From Candidatus Woesearchaeota archaeon (GTDB lineage Archaea; Nanobdellota; Nanobdellia; Pacearchaeales; GW2011-AR1), in the NCBI GenBank assembly GCA_964362835.1, contig CAYIGE010000001.1, forward strand, positions 1 through 33,034: a stretch of 33,034 nucleotides of DNA. Reading direction: 5' to 3'. The notes beneath the pieces are model-generated. The model made no database searches. It was not told where the DNA came from and saw nothing but the letters and a program-made list of their open reading frames with translations. The first letter of the stretch is position 1. Each line of letters opens with the position of its first letter. This document shows positions 16,207-25,959 of the stretch, in pieces. The position numbers were made by a program, and so were the translations under genes.

Positions 16207-17795
16207 TAGGTAATATAGTCAATTTTATATGCGACTAATCCCCCGAAATTATTATCTAGTGGATAAATTAAACTGAAAACTGCACCATCTTGAGAAACCT
16301 GTTTTTTAAGGTCATATTGAACTATCTGATTTTGAGGGGAGACTATTATAGATGAATTAAAATAAGGAAAGAGAATTCCTCTAAATCCTTGTTCATTTTG
16401 TACTTGTTGTAACATCCATTGTGGATGATGAGGCTCTAAAATGGAAACTATGACAAAACGAGGATTTTCTTTTTGCAATATCTGTGTGAAGTTTTCTTCA
16501 GGCATTTCAGAATATGTAATTACTTCTCGTTCTGCATATGCTGTTGTTTGAGTATAAGAAACGCTAAAAATTTTGTCTTGAGGTTGTGAATTTTCTTTTA
16601 TTAACAAGGAAGCTTCTTTTACTGGGGCGTAACTATCTTTCTTGGAATTTACTAATTCGGTTGTATGAGATAATTGTGGAATAATAAAAGCTAACAATAA
16701 TATTATCATAAACAATATCGCAAAGAGATTGGAATGTTTCTTTATTTTATCATATATAATTAATATCGTTTTTCCTGCAAAAAAGAAGATAAAAGGAATC
16801 ATTAGAAAAACCCAACGATCTTCTATAGTTCCTCTAATATAGAATATGTAGAATAGAGTAATAACCAAAAGCACTATTGCTGAGAAAATATAAGGGTCTT
16901 TTCTCAAAGATTTGTCTTTTAAAATTAAATCCGCTGTTATTGCTGTCTTGAATAAAGTTATAGCCAATCCAATAATAAATAAAATAAATATTGGTAGTTT
17001 TGAAAAGGAATAATAGAAATCGAGAGTCATCCAGCCTGGAGACCTGCCTTCATTAAAATCTCCTGAATACGTTACTCCAAATGCAATAGGATTTCCAAAA
17101 GTAACTGCTTGCCATATCATAAATGGAATCATTGCTACAACGAATACCCCAAGCAATATCCAATAATCTTTTTGTTTGAATATTTTTAGGCCATCTTGAT
17201 ATAATGCAAAAATAACCATTGACAGAGGGATTAGCAATGCCGAAATCTTGAAATAAAATCCGGCTGCTACAAATAGCCCAGTATATACTGCATTAATGCG
17301 GGCGGGAGATTTTACCATTTTCCAGAAGAATAACAAAGCCAGAACTTGAAATGTTACTGAAAAAAAGTCTGGTTGAAAACGTATGCTCCAAAACAACATG
17401 GACCATACAAATGCAGTTCCTGTGGCTGCAATAAGCCCCACTGTAGAACCATAAAGCTCCTTGCCTAAGTAATAGACAGAGACCACTAAAGTTAAAGATG
17501 GAATTAAAACCAAAATAAATTTCAAAGCTACTTCTCCAAAGCCAAATTTAATCAACAAAGCTCCAAGCAGTTGAAATAAAGGGGGTCTTTGCTCGTTTAA
17601 GTCATATGGGATATTTAGGGCCCAGTGTTTTGCAGCAGACATATATTCTGCTTCATCCCACCACATAGTTTGACCTGAAGCAATAATAAAATAATATAAA
17701 CGAATAATAAAAGCTACTGCTAAAATGATAAGCATGTATCTCACATCTTTATTGCTTAACCAAGCTTCAAATTTTGATTTTGTTGAAGAACTCAT
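16206..17795 (-). CDS. GT-C fold glycosyltransferase, ArnT/PMT_2 (GT39/GT83-like)
   Basis: 529-aa polytopic membrane protein with a first-loop acidic motif WWDEAEY typical of ArnT/PMT-type lipid-phosphosugar-dependent transferases, plus a soluble C-terminal domain. Confidence 0.72.
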   Translation of the reverse strand: MSSSTKSKFEAWLSNKDVRYMLIILAVAFIIRLYYFIIASGQTMWWDEAEYMSAAKHWALNIPYDLNEQRPPLFQLLGALLIKFGFGEVALKFILVLIPSLTLVVSVYYLGKELYGSTVGLIAATGTAFVWSMLFWSIRFQPDFFSVTFQVLALLFFWKMVKSPARINAVYTGLFVAAGFYFKISALLIPLSMVIFALYQDGLKIFKQKDYWILLGVFVVAMIPFMIWQAVTFGNPIAFGVTYSGDFNEGRSPGWMTLDFYYSFSKLPIFILFIIGLAITLFKTAITADLILKDKSLRKDPYIFSAIVLLVITLFYIFYIRGTIEDRWVFLMIPFIFFFAGKTILIIYDKIKKHSNLFAILFMIILLLAFIIPQLSHTTELVNSKKDSYAPVKEASLLIKENSQPQDKIFSVSYTQTTAYAEREVITYSEMPEENFTQILQKENPRFVIVSILEPHHPQWMLQQVQNEQGFRGILFPYFNSSIIVSPQNQIVQYDLKKQVSQDGAVFSLIYPLDNNFGGLVAYKIDYIT

Positions 17796-17840
17796 AGCTA
17801 TTTAATGGGGGAGATTTTTGTTTAAATGTCTTTGTATATT

Positions 17841-18968
17841 CTACATCCCTATAATCTTTTCAAGTTTATCTATGATTTCAGACCATCTGAATTTTTCTGC
17901 TGTTTTTCTAGCATATTGTTGCAATGAATCAATTTCCTTTTGAGTCAGATTATTTATTCTATTTAATACTCTAACTAGGTCTTCTGCGTCTCCATTTTTA
18001 AATAGAAAACCATTTTTTTCATTCTTTATCAATTCTTTATTTCCCTCATTATCGCTCCCTATTACAATTTTACCGCGAGCCATTGCTTCAATAAGGGTCT
18101 GAGGCATTCCTTCACTTTTTGAGGGTAGAATAAATATTCCTGCTCTGTCTAATTCATTAATCTGTTCAATAGAATTGTAAGATTCTGGAACAAATATCTC
18201 TCGATCTTGCAAATTATTTTCTTTGACTATACTTTTTAATTTCTTAAGATATTCTTTGTCTGCTGGACCTTTTATTTTTATCATAAAACCCTTTTCTATT
18301 GGATAGGCTAGAGCGTAACTTACAATTTCAAGATTTTTTATCGGACTTATTCTTCCAATATAAATTATTTTATTTATATTATTTTTATTCACTTTCTTTA
18401 TTGGTATAAAGAACTCTTCAGATATTCCATTAGGAATATACTCTATCCGATTATCTTTTATTCCTAAATTATGAAGATATACTTGCTCCCATTGAGTAAT
18501 TGTGATTATTTTTGTAAATTTATTTAGAGTGTGTTTACCAATAAATTGGTCATATAATTTTACAATAATATTTTGCATTATTGTTCTTGATTTCTCGCGG
18601 GCAAATGGAGCATGGGTTACTAAAAATATAGGACATCTAAGTTTTTTTGATACTTTTAATGCTTTAGTTGTATGTGGATGCCTATAGGAATGGGCAATTA
18701 TCACCTCTGGATTGAATTTAACTGCCTCTGAAGAGAAATTCCAATGCAAGTAACTTTCTCCTCCAAGCTTTTTAGCAGGAAATCTTTTGATGGTAACTTT
18801 TGCTATTTTCTCTTGTTTTGGACAAATTGCCTCTGAACCTTTTATATGATTTGTTGAGAAAACTGTAACTTCATGACCTTTATTTGCTAATAATTGCGCC
18901 TCCTTAAGAACGCGCATGCCCACCCCACAGCCTCCGGCAGTATAATCTGTTAATTCTAAAATTCTCAT
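17841..18968 (-). CDS. GT4 (GT-B fold) glycosyltransferase
   Basis: The C-terminal domain carries an EX7E motif (PSKSEGMPQTLIEAMARG), and the N-terminus has the glycine-rich GGCGVG. Confidence 0.82.
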   Translation of the reverse strand: MRILELTDYTAGGCGVGMRVLKEAQLLANKGHEVTVFSTNHIKGSEAICPKQEKIAKVTIKRFPAKKLGGESYLHWNFSSEAVKFNPEVIIAHSYRHPHTTKALKVSKKLRCPIFLVTHAPFAREKSRTIMQNIIVKLYDQFIGKHTLNKFTKIITITQWEQVYLHNLGIKDNRIEYIPNGISEEFFIPIKKVNKNNINKIIYIGRISPIKNLEIVSYALAYPIEKGFMIKIKGPADKEYLKKLKSIVKENNLQDREIFVPESYNSIEQINELDRAGIFILPSKSEGMPQTLIEAMARGKIVIGSDNEGNKELIKNEKNGFLFKNGDAEDLVRVLNRINNLTQKEIDSLQQYARKTAEKFRWSEIIDKLEKIIGM

Positions 18969-18987
18969 CTTAAAGGTAAAAGCAGGA

Positions 18988-19000
18988 CTTTTATAAATAT
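18988..19000. promoter_or_regulatory. Single central TATA-like element between the divergent GT4 and GT2 genes
   Basis: cttttataaatat is centred 25 nt from the GT4 ATG (18968) and 26 nt from the second ATG of the GT2 gene (19019). The intergenic DNA is 41-50 nt. Confidence 0.45.
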
Positions 19001-19009
19001 GCTTGGTTA

Positions 19010-19816
19010 ATGAAATTTATGAATGTCTCAATTATTATTCCGACTTATAAACCAAATCCTGACTTATTAAACCAGATTAAAAAATCAATTAAAAATCAAG
19101 ATTTTAAAGGTAAAATAGAGGTGCTTTTTCAAAAAAATAGAGGTCTTGCGGAAAATATAAATAATGGAATAAAGAAGTCAAAATATGGTATAATTATAAC
19201 ACTACACCAAGATTGTGTTCCTGTGGGAAATAGATGGATTGAAAATTTAATTGAACCTTTAAATAAGGAAAATTGTGTGGCGAGTGTTTCCGATGTGGAG
19301 CTACCTGTAGAACTGTGGAAAACATTTGATAATACTGCAAAGATATTGAGTGTTAAAGAACAAAAGATTATCACTCCTTTGTTAGATGAGAAGGGTTGCG
19401 CATATAAAAAATCCGCCCTTAAAAGAGTAAGATTGTTTGAAGAGAATAAATTTAGAACTGCTGGAGAAGATTTTGACATTTATATTAAATTATCAAAGGT
19501 AGGGAAAATTGCTTATCCCCACACTAAAGTTATGCACTATAATTATTATTCTGCAAAGAGCAGATTAAGAAAAGAGTTACAACTTGCGAATGGATTTGGA
19601 GCTTTGGTTAGAATATATGGGCTTAAAATGCCTCAATGGTATGTTGGTTTATTGAAGGCCATTCCAATTTTAGGATGGATTTTATTTTTTAAGGGAATCA
19701 ACTTTTCTAAACTTAAAGGGCTTGTTTTATTGGCTCCTTTTGTCTTTTTATTGGCTCATTTTCAGTATGTTAGGGGCTTTTGGAAAGGTTTTTTAATGGC
19801 TAAACAGACAGTTTAG
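19010..19816 (+). CDS. GT2 glycosyltransferase with a C-terminal membrane segment (true start possibly ATG at 19019)
   Basis: VSIIIPTYKPN..., the LHQDCVP region and EDFD resemble GT2. Promoter geometry favours the second ATG at 19019. Confidence 0.72.
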   Translation: MKFMNVSIIIPTYKPNPDLLNQIKKSIKNQDFKGKIEVLFQKNRGLAENINNGIKKSKYGIIITLHQDCVPVGNRWIENLIEPLNKENCVASVSDVELPVELWKTFDNTAKILSVKEQKIITPLLDEKGCAYKKSALKRVRLFEENKFRTAGEDFDIYIKLSKVGKIAYPHTKVMHYNYYSAKSRLRKELQLANGFGALVRIYGLKMPQWYVGLLKAIPILGWILFFKGINFSKLKGLVLLAPFVFLLAHFQYVRGFWKGFLMAKQTV

Positions 19817-19820
19817 GAGT

Positions 19821-20777
19821 ATGAAAACCTCTAAAAACACAAGAAAATACCCTCTTGTTGCTATAGTCATCGTTAATTGGAATGGCGGTCAAACCATCAT
19901 AAACTGCATAAAAAGCCTTGGAATGACTGATTACCCCAATTATAAAGTAATTCTTATTGATAACGGCTCTATGGATGATTCACTTGAAAAAATATTAAAG
20001 ATACGACCGGATATGAAGGTCATTGAACTTCCTAAGAATTATGGATATACTGTCGGAACAAATACTGGGTGGAGATATGCTTTGAAGAAACTTGGGGCAG
20101 ATTATATTTGCGCCATGGATAGTGATATTGTTACTGTTCAAAAAAACTGGCTCAGTTTACAAATTGAAGAGTTGGAAAAATCAAAAGATAGAGGAATTAG
20201 CTGCGGAAAGCTGATATTCCCTGATGGAAGGGTGCAATTACTTTACCATGAAAGGGAGCATTCGCAATATCTTGAAAAGGATGTCGGACAATATGATTTT
20301 ATACGTGAAACTAAGGCGGTTGGAGGAGCGTGTATTATTATCAAGGGATTGGTTATTGAAAAAATAGGATATTATGATGAACATTTCTTTTATGGTCCTA
20401 ATGATATAGACTATTGTTTCAGAGCTAATCATGCAGGATTTAAGGTAATTTATAATGGGTTTGCAAAATCCATACATGTAGGTAGTTTCTCATCACGTTC
20501 TGGAGCCAAAGACTTTATTTATGGTCATCAAGCCTACGGACAAATTGTATTCTGGTTTAGACATGGTAATTGGTTCGATGCTTTCAGAACAGTAAAAGAG
20601 CAATTTGTGAGAGCATTTCTCACTCGAACAGACCCCTACAAGCTCAAAAGTTTGAGCAATACTTATTTTCATGCAAGTTTTCTTAAACGACTGATTAGCT
20701 TCTTTAAGTCATGGTATGTAGCAGCACATGACTATAAAGTTATTCATAATGAAACTTCCGCTACCCTTAGCAAATGA
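19821..20777 (+). CDS. GT2 glycosyltransferase (rhamnosyltransferase-like subgroup)
   Basis: VAIVIVNWNG....LIDNGSMDDS and MDSD match the GT2 'WNG' subgroup. An AGGAG precedes the ATG. Confidence 0.78.
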   Translation: MKTSKNTRKYPLVAIVIVNWNGGQTIINCIKSLGMTDYPNYKVILIDNGSMDDSLEKILKIRPDMKVIELPKNYGYTVGTNTGWRYALKKLGADYICAMDSDIVTVQKNWLSLQIEELEKSKDRGISCGKLIFPDGRVQLLYHEREHSQYLEKDVGQYDFIRETKAVGGACIIIKGLVIEKIGYYDEHFFYGPNDIDYCFRANHAGFKVIYNGFAKSIHVGSFSSRSGAKDFIYGHQAYGQIVFWFRHGNWFDAFRTVKEQFVRAFLTRTDPYKLKSLSNTYFHASFLKRLISFFKSWYVAAHDYKVIHNETSATLSK

Positions 20778-21682
20778 TTAATCGTATACTCATAACTGGC
20801 TGTGGCGGAATGCTTGGTAGTTCGGTGTATTCACATTTGTCCAAGAAGTACGATGTCTTGGCTACAGATATTGACCTTGATGAAGAATGGCTTAGCCATT
20901 TGGATGTTAGAGATTTGGAAAGCTCTCGCGAAATTGCCAAGAAATTTAGACCAGATATTATTCTTCATCTTGCCGCCCTAACTAATCTTGAATATTGCGA
21001 GTCTAATCCTGCTGAAGCCCATAGAACTAATTTTCTAGGCACCAAAAACATTGCGCAAATTTGTAAAGAATTGGACATTCCGATAGTTTACATCAGCACG
21101 GCCGGAGTGTTTGATGGAACTGGAGAAAGGTATATTGAAGATGACTTTCCAAATCCGATAAATGTTTATGGTAAAACAAAATATTATGCAGAAATTGCAG
21201 TTCAAAACTTTTTAGAAAAATATTTCATAATAAGAGCTGGATGGATGGTTGGTGGAGGAAAAAAAGATAAGAAATTTGTTTCTTATATGCTGTCTCAAAT
21301 TAAAGATGGGAAGACTAAATTTAAAGTAGTTAATGATAAATATGGTACTATAACTTACACATTAGATTTTGCAAAAAATTTAGAGAAATTAATAAGTACT
21401 AAATATTATGGACTTTACCACATGGCTTGTCATGGAGATACAAGCAGACATGAAATGATGAAGCATATCCTAACTTTACTTGGCAAAGATACTGAAGCAA
21501 TTGAGCCAGTATCAAGCGAATTTTTTAAAAAAGACTTTCCTGTGCAGAGAGCTACTTCTGAACGTATGATTAATAAAAATCTGCAATTTAAAAATTTAGA
21601 TAATATGGGTAATTGGAAAGATTCTTTAAAGCATTATATTGAGAATGAATGGAGAGAACTATATGAAAACAAAAAATCTTAA
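20774..21682 (+). CDS. RmlD-like NAD(P)-dependent sugar 4-ketoreductase (extended SDR)
   Basis: ILITGCGGMLGS Rossmann motif and YGKTKYYAE (YxxxK). Length and layout resemble the dTDP-4-dehydrorhamnose reductase family. A 4-nt overlap joins it to the upstream GT2. Confidence 0.7.
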   Translation: MINRILITGCGGMLGSSVYSHLSKKYDVLATDIDLDEEWLSHLDVRDLESSREIAKKFRPDIILHLAALTNLEYCESNPAEAHRTNFLGTKNIAQICKELDIPIVYISTAGVFDGTGERYIEDDFPNPINVYGKTKYYAEIAVQNFLEKYFIIRAGWMVGGGKKDKKFVSYMLSQIKDGKTKFKVVNDKYGTITYTLDFAKNLEKLISTKYYGLYHMACHGDTSRHEMMKHILTLLGKDTEAIEPVSSEFFKKDFPVQRATSERMINKNLQFKNLDNMGNWKDSLKHYIENEWRELYENKKS

Positions 21683-22187
21683 TATTGGTTGTGGAAAAGA
21701 CATAATGAATGGATTTATTAATTTAGATTCTGTTAAACTTCCAGGAATAGATGTTGTTCACAATCTTGAGAGATATCCTTGGCCTTTCAAAGATGGAGAG
21801 TTTGAATTTGTTTATTGTTCTCATGTGCTGGAGCATTTAACAAGCATAATTAAACCATTGGAAGAAATATGGAGAATAACTCACAGTAAAGCCAGAATAA
21901 TGATTGAGGTTCCAATATTTCCTAGTGTAGGGGCTGTTGCAGACCCAACACATAAATCATTTTACACATACCAGACATTTAATTATTTTAGATTGAATGA
22001 CGGACTAAATTACTATTCTAAGGCTCGCTTCAGAATAATTCGGAGAAAGATCGTCTTTTCAAAGTTTACTCCTTTTTTTACATGGTTTTTCAATTGCAGT
22101 CAAAAAATGCAAAAACTCTATGTTTGTTTTTTAAGCTTCCTTATTCCTGCTGAAGTTTTGTGTGTAGAACTTGAAACAATAAAATAA
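21663..22187 (+). CDS. Compact class I SAM-dependent methyltransferase
   Basis: NLNIGCGKD motif I and FEFVYCSHVLEHL. I prefer the ATG at 21663 (GGAG 8 nt upstream) over the track start at 21639. Confidence 0.7.
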   Translation: MKTKNLNIGCGKDIMNGFINLDSVKLPGIDVVHNLERYPWPFKDGEFEFVYCSHVLEHLTSIIKPLEEIWRITHSKARIMIEVPIFPSVGAVADPTHKSFYTYQTFNYFRLNDGLNYYSKARFRIIRRKIVFSKFTPFFTWFFNCSQKMQKLYVCFLSFLIPAEVLCVELETIK

Positions 22188-22189
22188 TT

Positions 22190-23167
22190 ATGAATAATTT
22201 GAATTATAACTTTGGAGATATTTCGGTAGTTATTGTAGTTTATAATAGGGATAAGGATCTTAAGATAGCGATTGATTCTTTCAATAAAGATATAAAAAAG
22301 ATAAGGGAAGTTTTAATTATAGATAATAGTACTAATGATAAAACGAAACAGTTATTAAAGAGATTAGATCAACCAAAAATAAAATATTTTAAATCGGAGA
22401 TTAATTCACTTACTGTTTCTAGGAATACTGGAATTAAAAAGGCTTCTAAAAAATCTAAGATAATAATTTTTTTAGATGATGATATTGCCATTGAAGATAA
22501 TTATTTTAACAACATACTTGATGTCTTCAATAAATATGCTGGGGCTATAGGGGTATCTGGATACTATTTTCCTAATAGCAAAAAAATACACAGACTTGAA
22601 AATATATTAAGAAAGATATTTTTACTTGAAAACTGGACTGTCAATAAGGGTTTAGTACTATCGCCTTTTGGGGCTAGTTATCCTTACAGACTTACCAAGA
22701 TAATAAATTCTTCTTGGCTTTCAGGTTTTAATATGGCTTATAAGAAGGAGATTTTTGACAAAGATATTTTTGATGAGAGATTTTTCCGATATGCATTAGC
22801 CGAAGACTTTGAATTCAGCACCAGATTGAATAGAAAATACTCTAATGGTCTTTTTATTACTCCCTATGCCAAACTAATTCCTAGAGTTTCGGATGTAGAA
22901 AGAACCCCTAAACCAAAGTTAATTTATATGAATCTTGTAAATCATTTGTATATACAAGCTAAAAACTTAAATGATTTTAAAGGAATTGTCTCATTAGCAT
23001 GGGCTCTTACTAGTATGAGCCTACTGCAAATGGTAAAGGGATTAGTTTGCCCTAATAAGACTAATTTGTTTAGAACTAAAATTTACTTTAAAGCGCTAAC
23101 TTATTGTTTTAAGAGACTTGCCTTAATAAGAAAAGGAAATCTTGAACTGCCTTTAAATTTGGGATAG
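22190..23167 (+). CDS. GT2 glycosyltransferase
   Basis: ISVVIVVYNR, LIIDNSTNDKT and FLDDD motifs. Confidence 0.75.
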   Translation: MNNLNYNFGDISVVIVVYNRDKDLKIAIDSFNKDIKKIREVLIIDNSTNDKTKQLLKRLDQPKIKYFKSEINSLTVSRNTGIKKASKKSKIIIFLDDDIAIEDNYFNNILDVFNKYAGAIGVSGYYFPNSKKIHRLENILRKIFLLENWTVNKGLVLSPFGASYPYRLTKIINSSWLSGFNMAYKKEIFDKDIFDERFFRYALAEDFEFSTRLNRKYSNGLFITPYAKLIPRVSDVERTPKPKLIYMNLVNHLYIQAKNLNDFKGIVSLAWALTSMSLLQMVKGLVCPNKTNLFRTKIYFKALTYCFKRLALIRKGNLELPLNLG

Positions 23168-23201
23168 ATACTCTTTTTAATGGGTTGTATTATATCTCTT
23201 T

Positions 23202-24791
23202 ATGAGTGCTCAAAAAGAAAACCATGAGATAGATTACTACCTAAAACTTCTGGTTAAATCCTCCTTTTTCATATTCTTTGCCATAGTAGTTTCAAAACTT
23301 GCAAGTTATGGGTATAAAATACTGATTGCAAGATATTTTGGCGCTGAAACTTATGGATTGTTCTCTCTTGGACTTATTATAATAACCCTAATTTCATCTA
23401 TTGCCACTTTGGGTTTGAACGATGGCTTAGTTAGGTATATTTCTCTTTATAGAGGCAAGAAGAAATTCGGATATATAAGGAGATTAGTAATTAGTTTGCG
23501 AAATATATTCCTTATAGTAGGAATTCTATTTACAATGATTCTTGTTGCATTTGCTCCAATTATTGGGGAAAAAATATTTCATACTGAAAAATTTACACCA
23601 TTGCTAATGGGCATGGCTTTCTCTCTTCCTTTCCTTTTACTTTCAAACTTATACTTGGGGGTATTGAGGGGTTTTGAACATGTTAGGACTTATTCTGCTT
23701 TGATTAATATATATCAAAACACTTTTAGGTTAATTATATTATTTCTATTAATCATGATGGGTGTCGGTGTAATTGCAGTCTCAATTTCATATGTCCTTGT
23801 TTTTGTTGGATTATTCATTCTCTCTAACTACTATGCAAAAAAAGACCTGAATAAAATGCCTAAATCTGTTATTCCTAAGTCTAATCTGGTTGTTCCGGAG
23901 GTTTTCTCCTATGCTTGGCCGTTGCTTTTTGTAGGAATACTCTACAGCATATTTTATTGGACGGATTCTTTACTTTTAGGTTATTTTACTAATGCAGAAA
24001 ATGTAGGTTGGTATAGCGCTGCAACTACAGTTATATCTTTATTTGGTATAGCTCCGGATATATTTATGCAATTGTTTTTTCCGCTAATATCTTTTAAATC
24101 TTCCGAAGGTAAAAAAGAGATTATTAAAAGACTAACTCAGCAAGTGACTAAATGGATTTACTTAATTAATATTCCCTTATTTATTTTACTGTTTTTATTT
24201 TCAGATTATTTGTTAGGCATTTTATTTGGAAGTGAATTTTTGATAGCAGGTTCAATATTAAAGATTCTTGCCTGCGGGGCATTGTTTTCAAGTGTTGTTG
24301 GCATCTCCACTAGCTTGATTTCTATAAAAGGAAAAACAAAAATGGTACTTTCAAACTTTTTGGTGTTTACAATAATTAATATTTTGTTAAATATTTTACT
24401 TATACCCCGTTCTGGAATGATTGGTGCTGCAATTGCTACACTAATCACCCAGGTTCTTTTTTCTATTACTTTAATTGTCCAGATAAAGAAAATGTATGGA
24501 TTTAATCTTATTAGATCTTTAAGAAAAAGATTAGTTGTTATTTGTATGGGTTTATTAGTTATGGGAGTTTATTTAGTTAAAAATTTTGAAATTGGTTTGT
24601 ATTTGGCATTGGTAATTAGTATTATTTTTATATTTTCTTATTTAGTTTGCCTGTATATCTTTAAATTGTTTGACAATGAAGATTTTATTATACTCAAAAG
24701 CATTGCAAGTAAAATAGGATTAAGAAAAAATCAAACAAAAAAAGAATCCTTCAAAAAGCTTAAATATGCAAGTCAAGAGCTTTTTCTATGA
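23202..24791 (+). CDS. MOP-superfamily flippase (Wzx-like polysaccharide biosynthesis protein)
   Basis: 529-aa protein with about 14 TM helices. The N-terminal ...KILIARYFGAETYG motif and the overall layout fit the Polysacc_synt family. Confidence 0.75.
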   Translation: MSAQKENHEIDYYLKLLVKSSFFIFFAIVVSKLASYGYKILIARYFGAETYGLFSLGLIIITLISSIATLGLNDGLVRYISLYRGKKKFGYIRRLVISLRNIFLIVGILFTMILVAFAPIIGEKIFHTEKFTPLLMGMAFSLPFLLLSNLYLGVLRGFEHVRTYSALINIYQNTFRLIILFLLIMMGVGVIAVSISYVLVFVGLFILSNYYAKKDLNKMPKSVIPKSNLVVPEVFSYAWPLLFVGILYSIFYWTDSLLLGYFTNAENVGWYSAATTVISLFGIAPDIFMQLFFPLISFKSSEGKKEIIKRLTQQVTKWIYLINIPLFILLFLFSDYLLGILFGSEFLIAGSILKILACGALFSSVVGISTSLISIKGKTKMVLSNFLVFTIINILLNILLIPRSGMIGAAIATLITQVLFSITLIVQIKKMYGFNLIRSLRKRLVVICMGLLVMGVYLVKNFEIGLYLALVISIIFIFSYLVCLYIFKLFDNEDFIILKSIASKIGLRKNQTKKESFKKLKYASQELFL

Positions 24792-25576
24792 ATTATAATT
24801 CGATATTAATTACTGGCGGAAATGGAAAACTAGGAAAGGCTTTAATTAAATCAATTTCTCCTAAGGAGTCTATTCTTTCTCCTACTCGTGCGGATTTAGA
24901 TATTACAGATAGTACTAGCGTTTCTAAATATTTTGAAACACATAAAATAGATGCTGTAATTCATTGTGCAGCAATTGCTTCTGTTAGAATATGTGAAAAA
25001 AATTCTGATTTGGCTGTTGCTACTAATGTTATCGGTACTGCTAATATATTAAGAGAATCTATGAATGTACCAAATTTGAGATTAATTTACATTTCAACAG
25101 ATTATGTTTACCCTTGTACTAAAGGTCCTTACAAAGAAACAGACTATGTAGAGCCTTTTACAGTTTATGCTTGGACTAAGCTGGCTGGCGAGAATTTAGT
25201 AAGACTTCATTTAAACCATTGTATAATCCGAACTAGTTTCTTTCAACCTGAAAACATCTCTTTTGAAACTGCGTTTAAAGATTCATTTTGTTCTAAGATT
25301 CCAATAACGGAGCTTGCAGAGGAGATTATTAAATTATTAAATGGAAAGTTTATCGGAATTGTTAATGTGGGGCAGAATCGTATAAGTCTTTACGATTTAT
25401 ATAAAAAATACAAACCGGAAATAAAACCAGAGCTGATGCCTACAGAGGGGCTTGTAAAAAGAGCGAATGATTCTTCTTTAGACATTTCTTTGTGGAGGAA
25501 AATCAAAAAAACTTTGAATTCTGATAGTAGTTTTTTGGATGTTCAAAGTGGTCTCAAACATTTTGACATAAGATGA
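24788..25576 (+). CDS. RmlD/CapF-N-like NAD(P)-dependent sugar reductase (extended SDR)
   Basis: ILITGGNGKLGKAL Rossmann motif and YAWTKLAGE (YxxxK). A 4-nt overlap joins it to the upstream flippase and another to the downstream cupin. Confidence 0.68.
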   Translation: MNYNSILITGGNGKLGKALIKSISPKESILSPTRADLDITDSTSVSKYFETHKIDAVIHCAAIASVRICEKNSDLAVATNVIGTANILRESMNVPNLRLIYISTDYVYPCTKGPYKETDYVEPFTVYAWTKLAGENLVRLHLNHCIIRTSFFQPENISFETAFKDSFCSKIPITELAEEIIKLLNGKFIGIVNVGQNRISLYDLYKKYKPEIKPELMPTEGLVKRANDSSLDISLWRKIKKTLNSDSSFLDVQSGLKHFDIR

Positions 25577-25959
25577 GTTTGATTGATAGAGTATCTTATG
25601 TGAAAAATGGTGACTTGAACATTAACTCATTAAGAAGAGCTACTACAATAATGGATGGAAAGAATAACGAATTTAAACCTGGAGAAATAAGATTATTATT
25701 AGTAGATCAAGAAAGTTCATTTGGAGGACATTGGAGAGAATATGATGAAGTGTGGGGTTTTCTTGGTAATGCTACAGTTACTTTGGAGGATATAGACACT
25801 AAAGAGAGGAAAATCTATAAAGTTGCTGACGGAACTAGATTGTTCATCCCTTCAAGAGTTGCATCTAAAATAGAAGCTGAAAAAAGTACGGCAATTGTAA
25901 CATGTTCTTCTTATAATATTGATAGAGAAAAACAAACTCATAAATATGAGTTTAATTGA
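25573..25959 (+). CDS. Small cupin-fold protein, resembles the C-terminal cupin domain of CapF/WbjC
   Basis: GGHWREYDEVWGFLGNATVTL....IYKV..GTRLFIPSRVASKIE has the same spacing as the G.HWH...E.F.V..G....IP......IEN pattern in the cupin half of CapF-type enzymes. It is translationally coupled to the SDR gene. Confidence 0.45.
   Translation: MSLIDRVSYVKNGDLNINSLRRATTIMDGKNNEFKPGEIRLLLVDQESSFGGHWREYDEVWGFLGNATVTLEDIDTKERKIYKVADGTRLFIPSRVASKIEAEKSTAIVTCSSYNIDREKQTHKYEFN

Noticed and set aside
21639-21662. Upstream ATG at 21639 for the methyltransferase gene, giving a 44-nt overlap with the RmlD-like gene.
   Set aside because: The ATG at 21663 is preceded by GGAG at 8 nt and gives an N-terminus (MKTKNLNIGCG) matching the paralogues. 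The longer form cannot be excluded.
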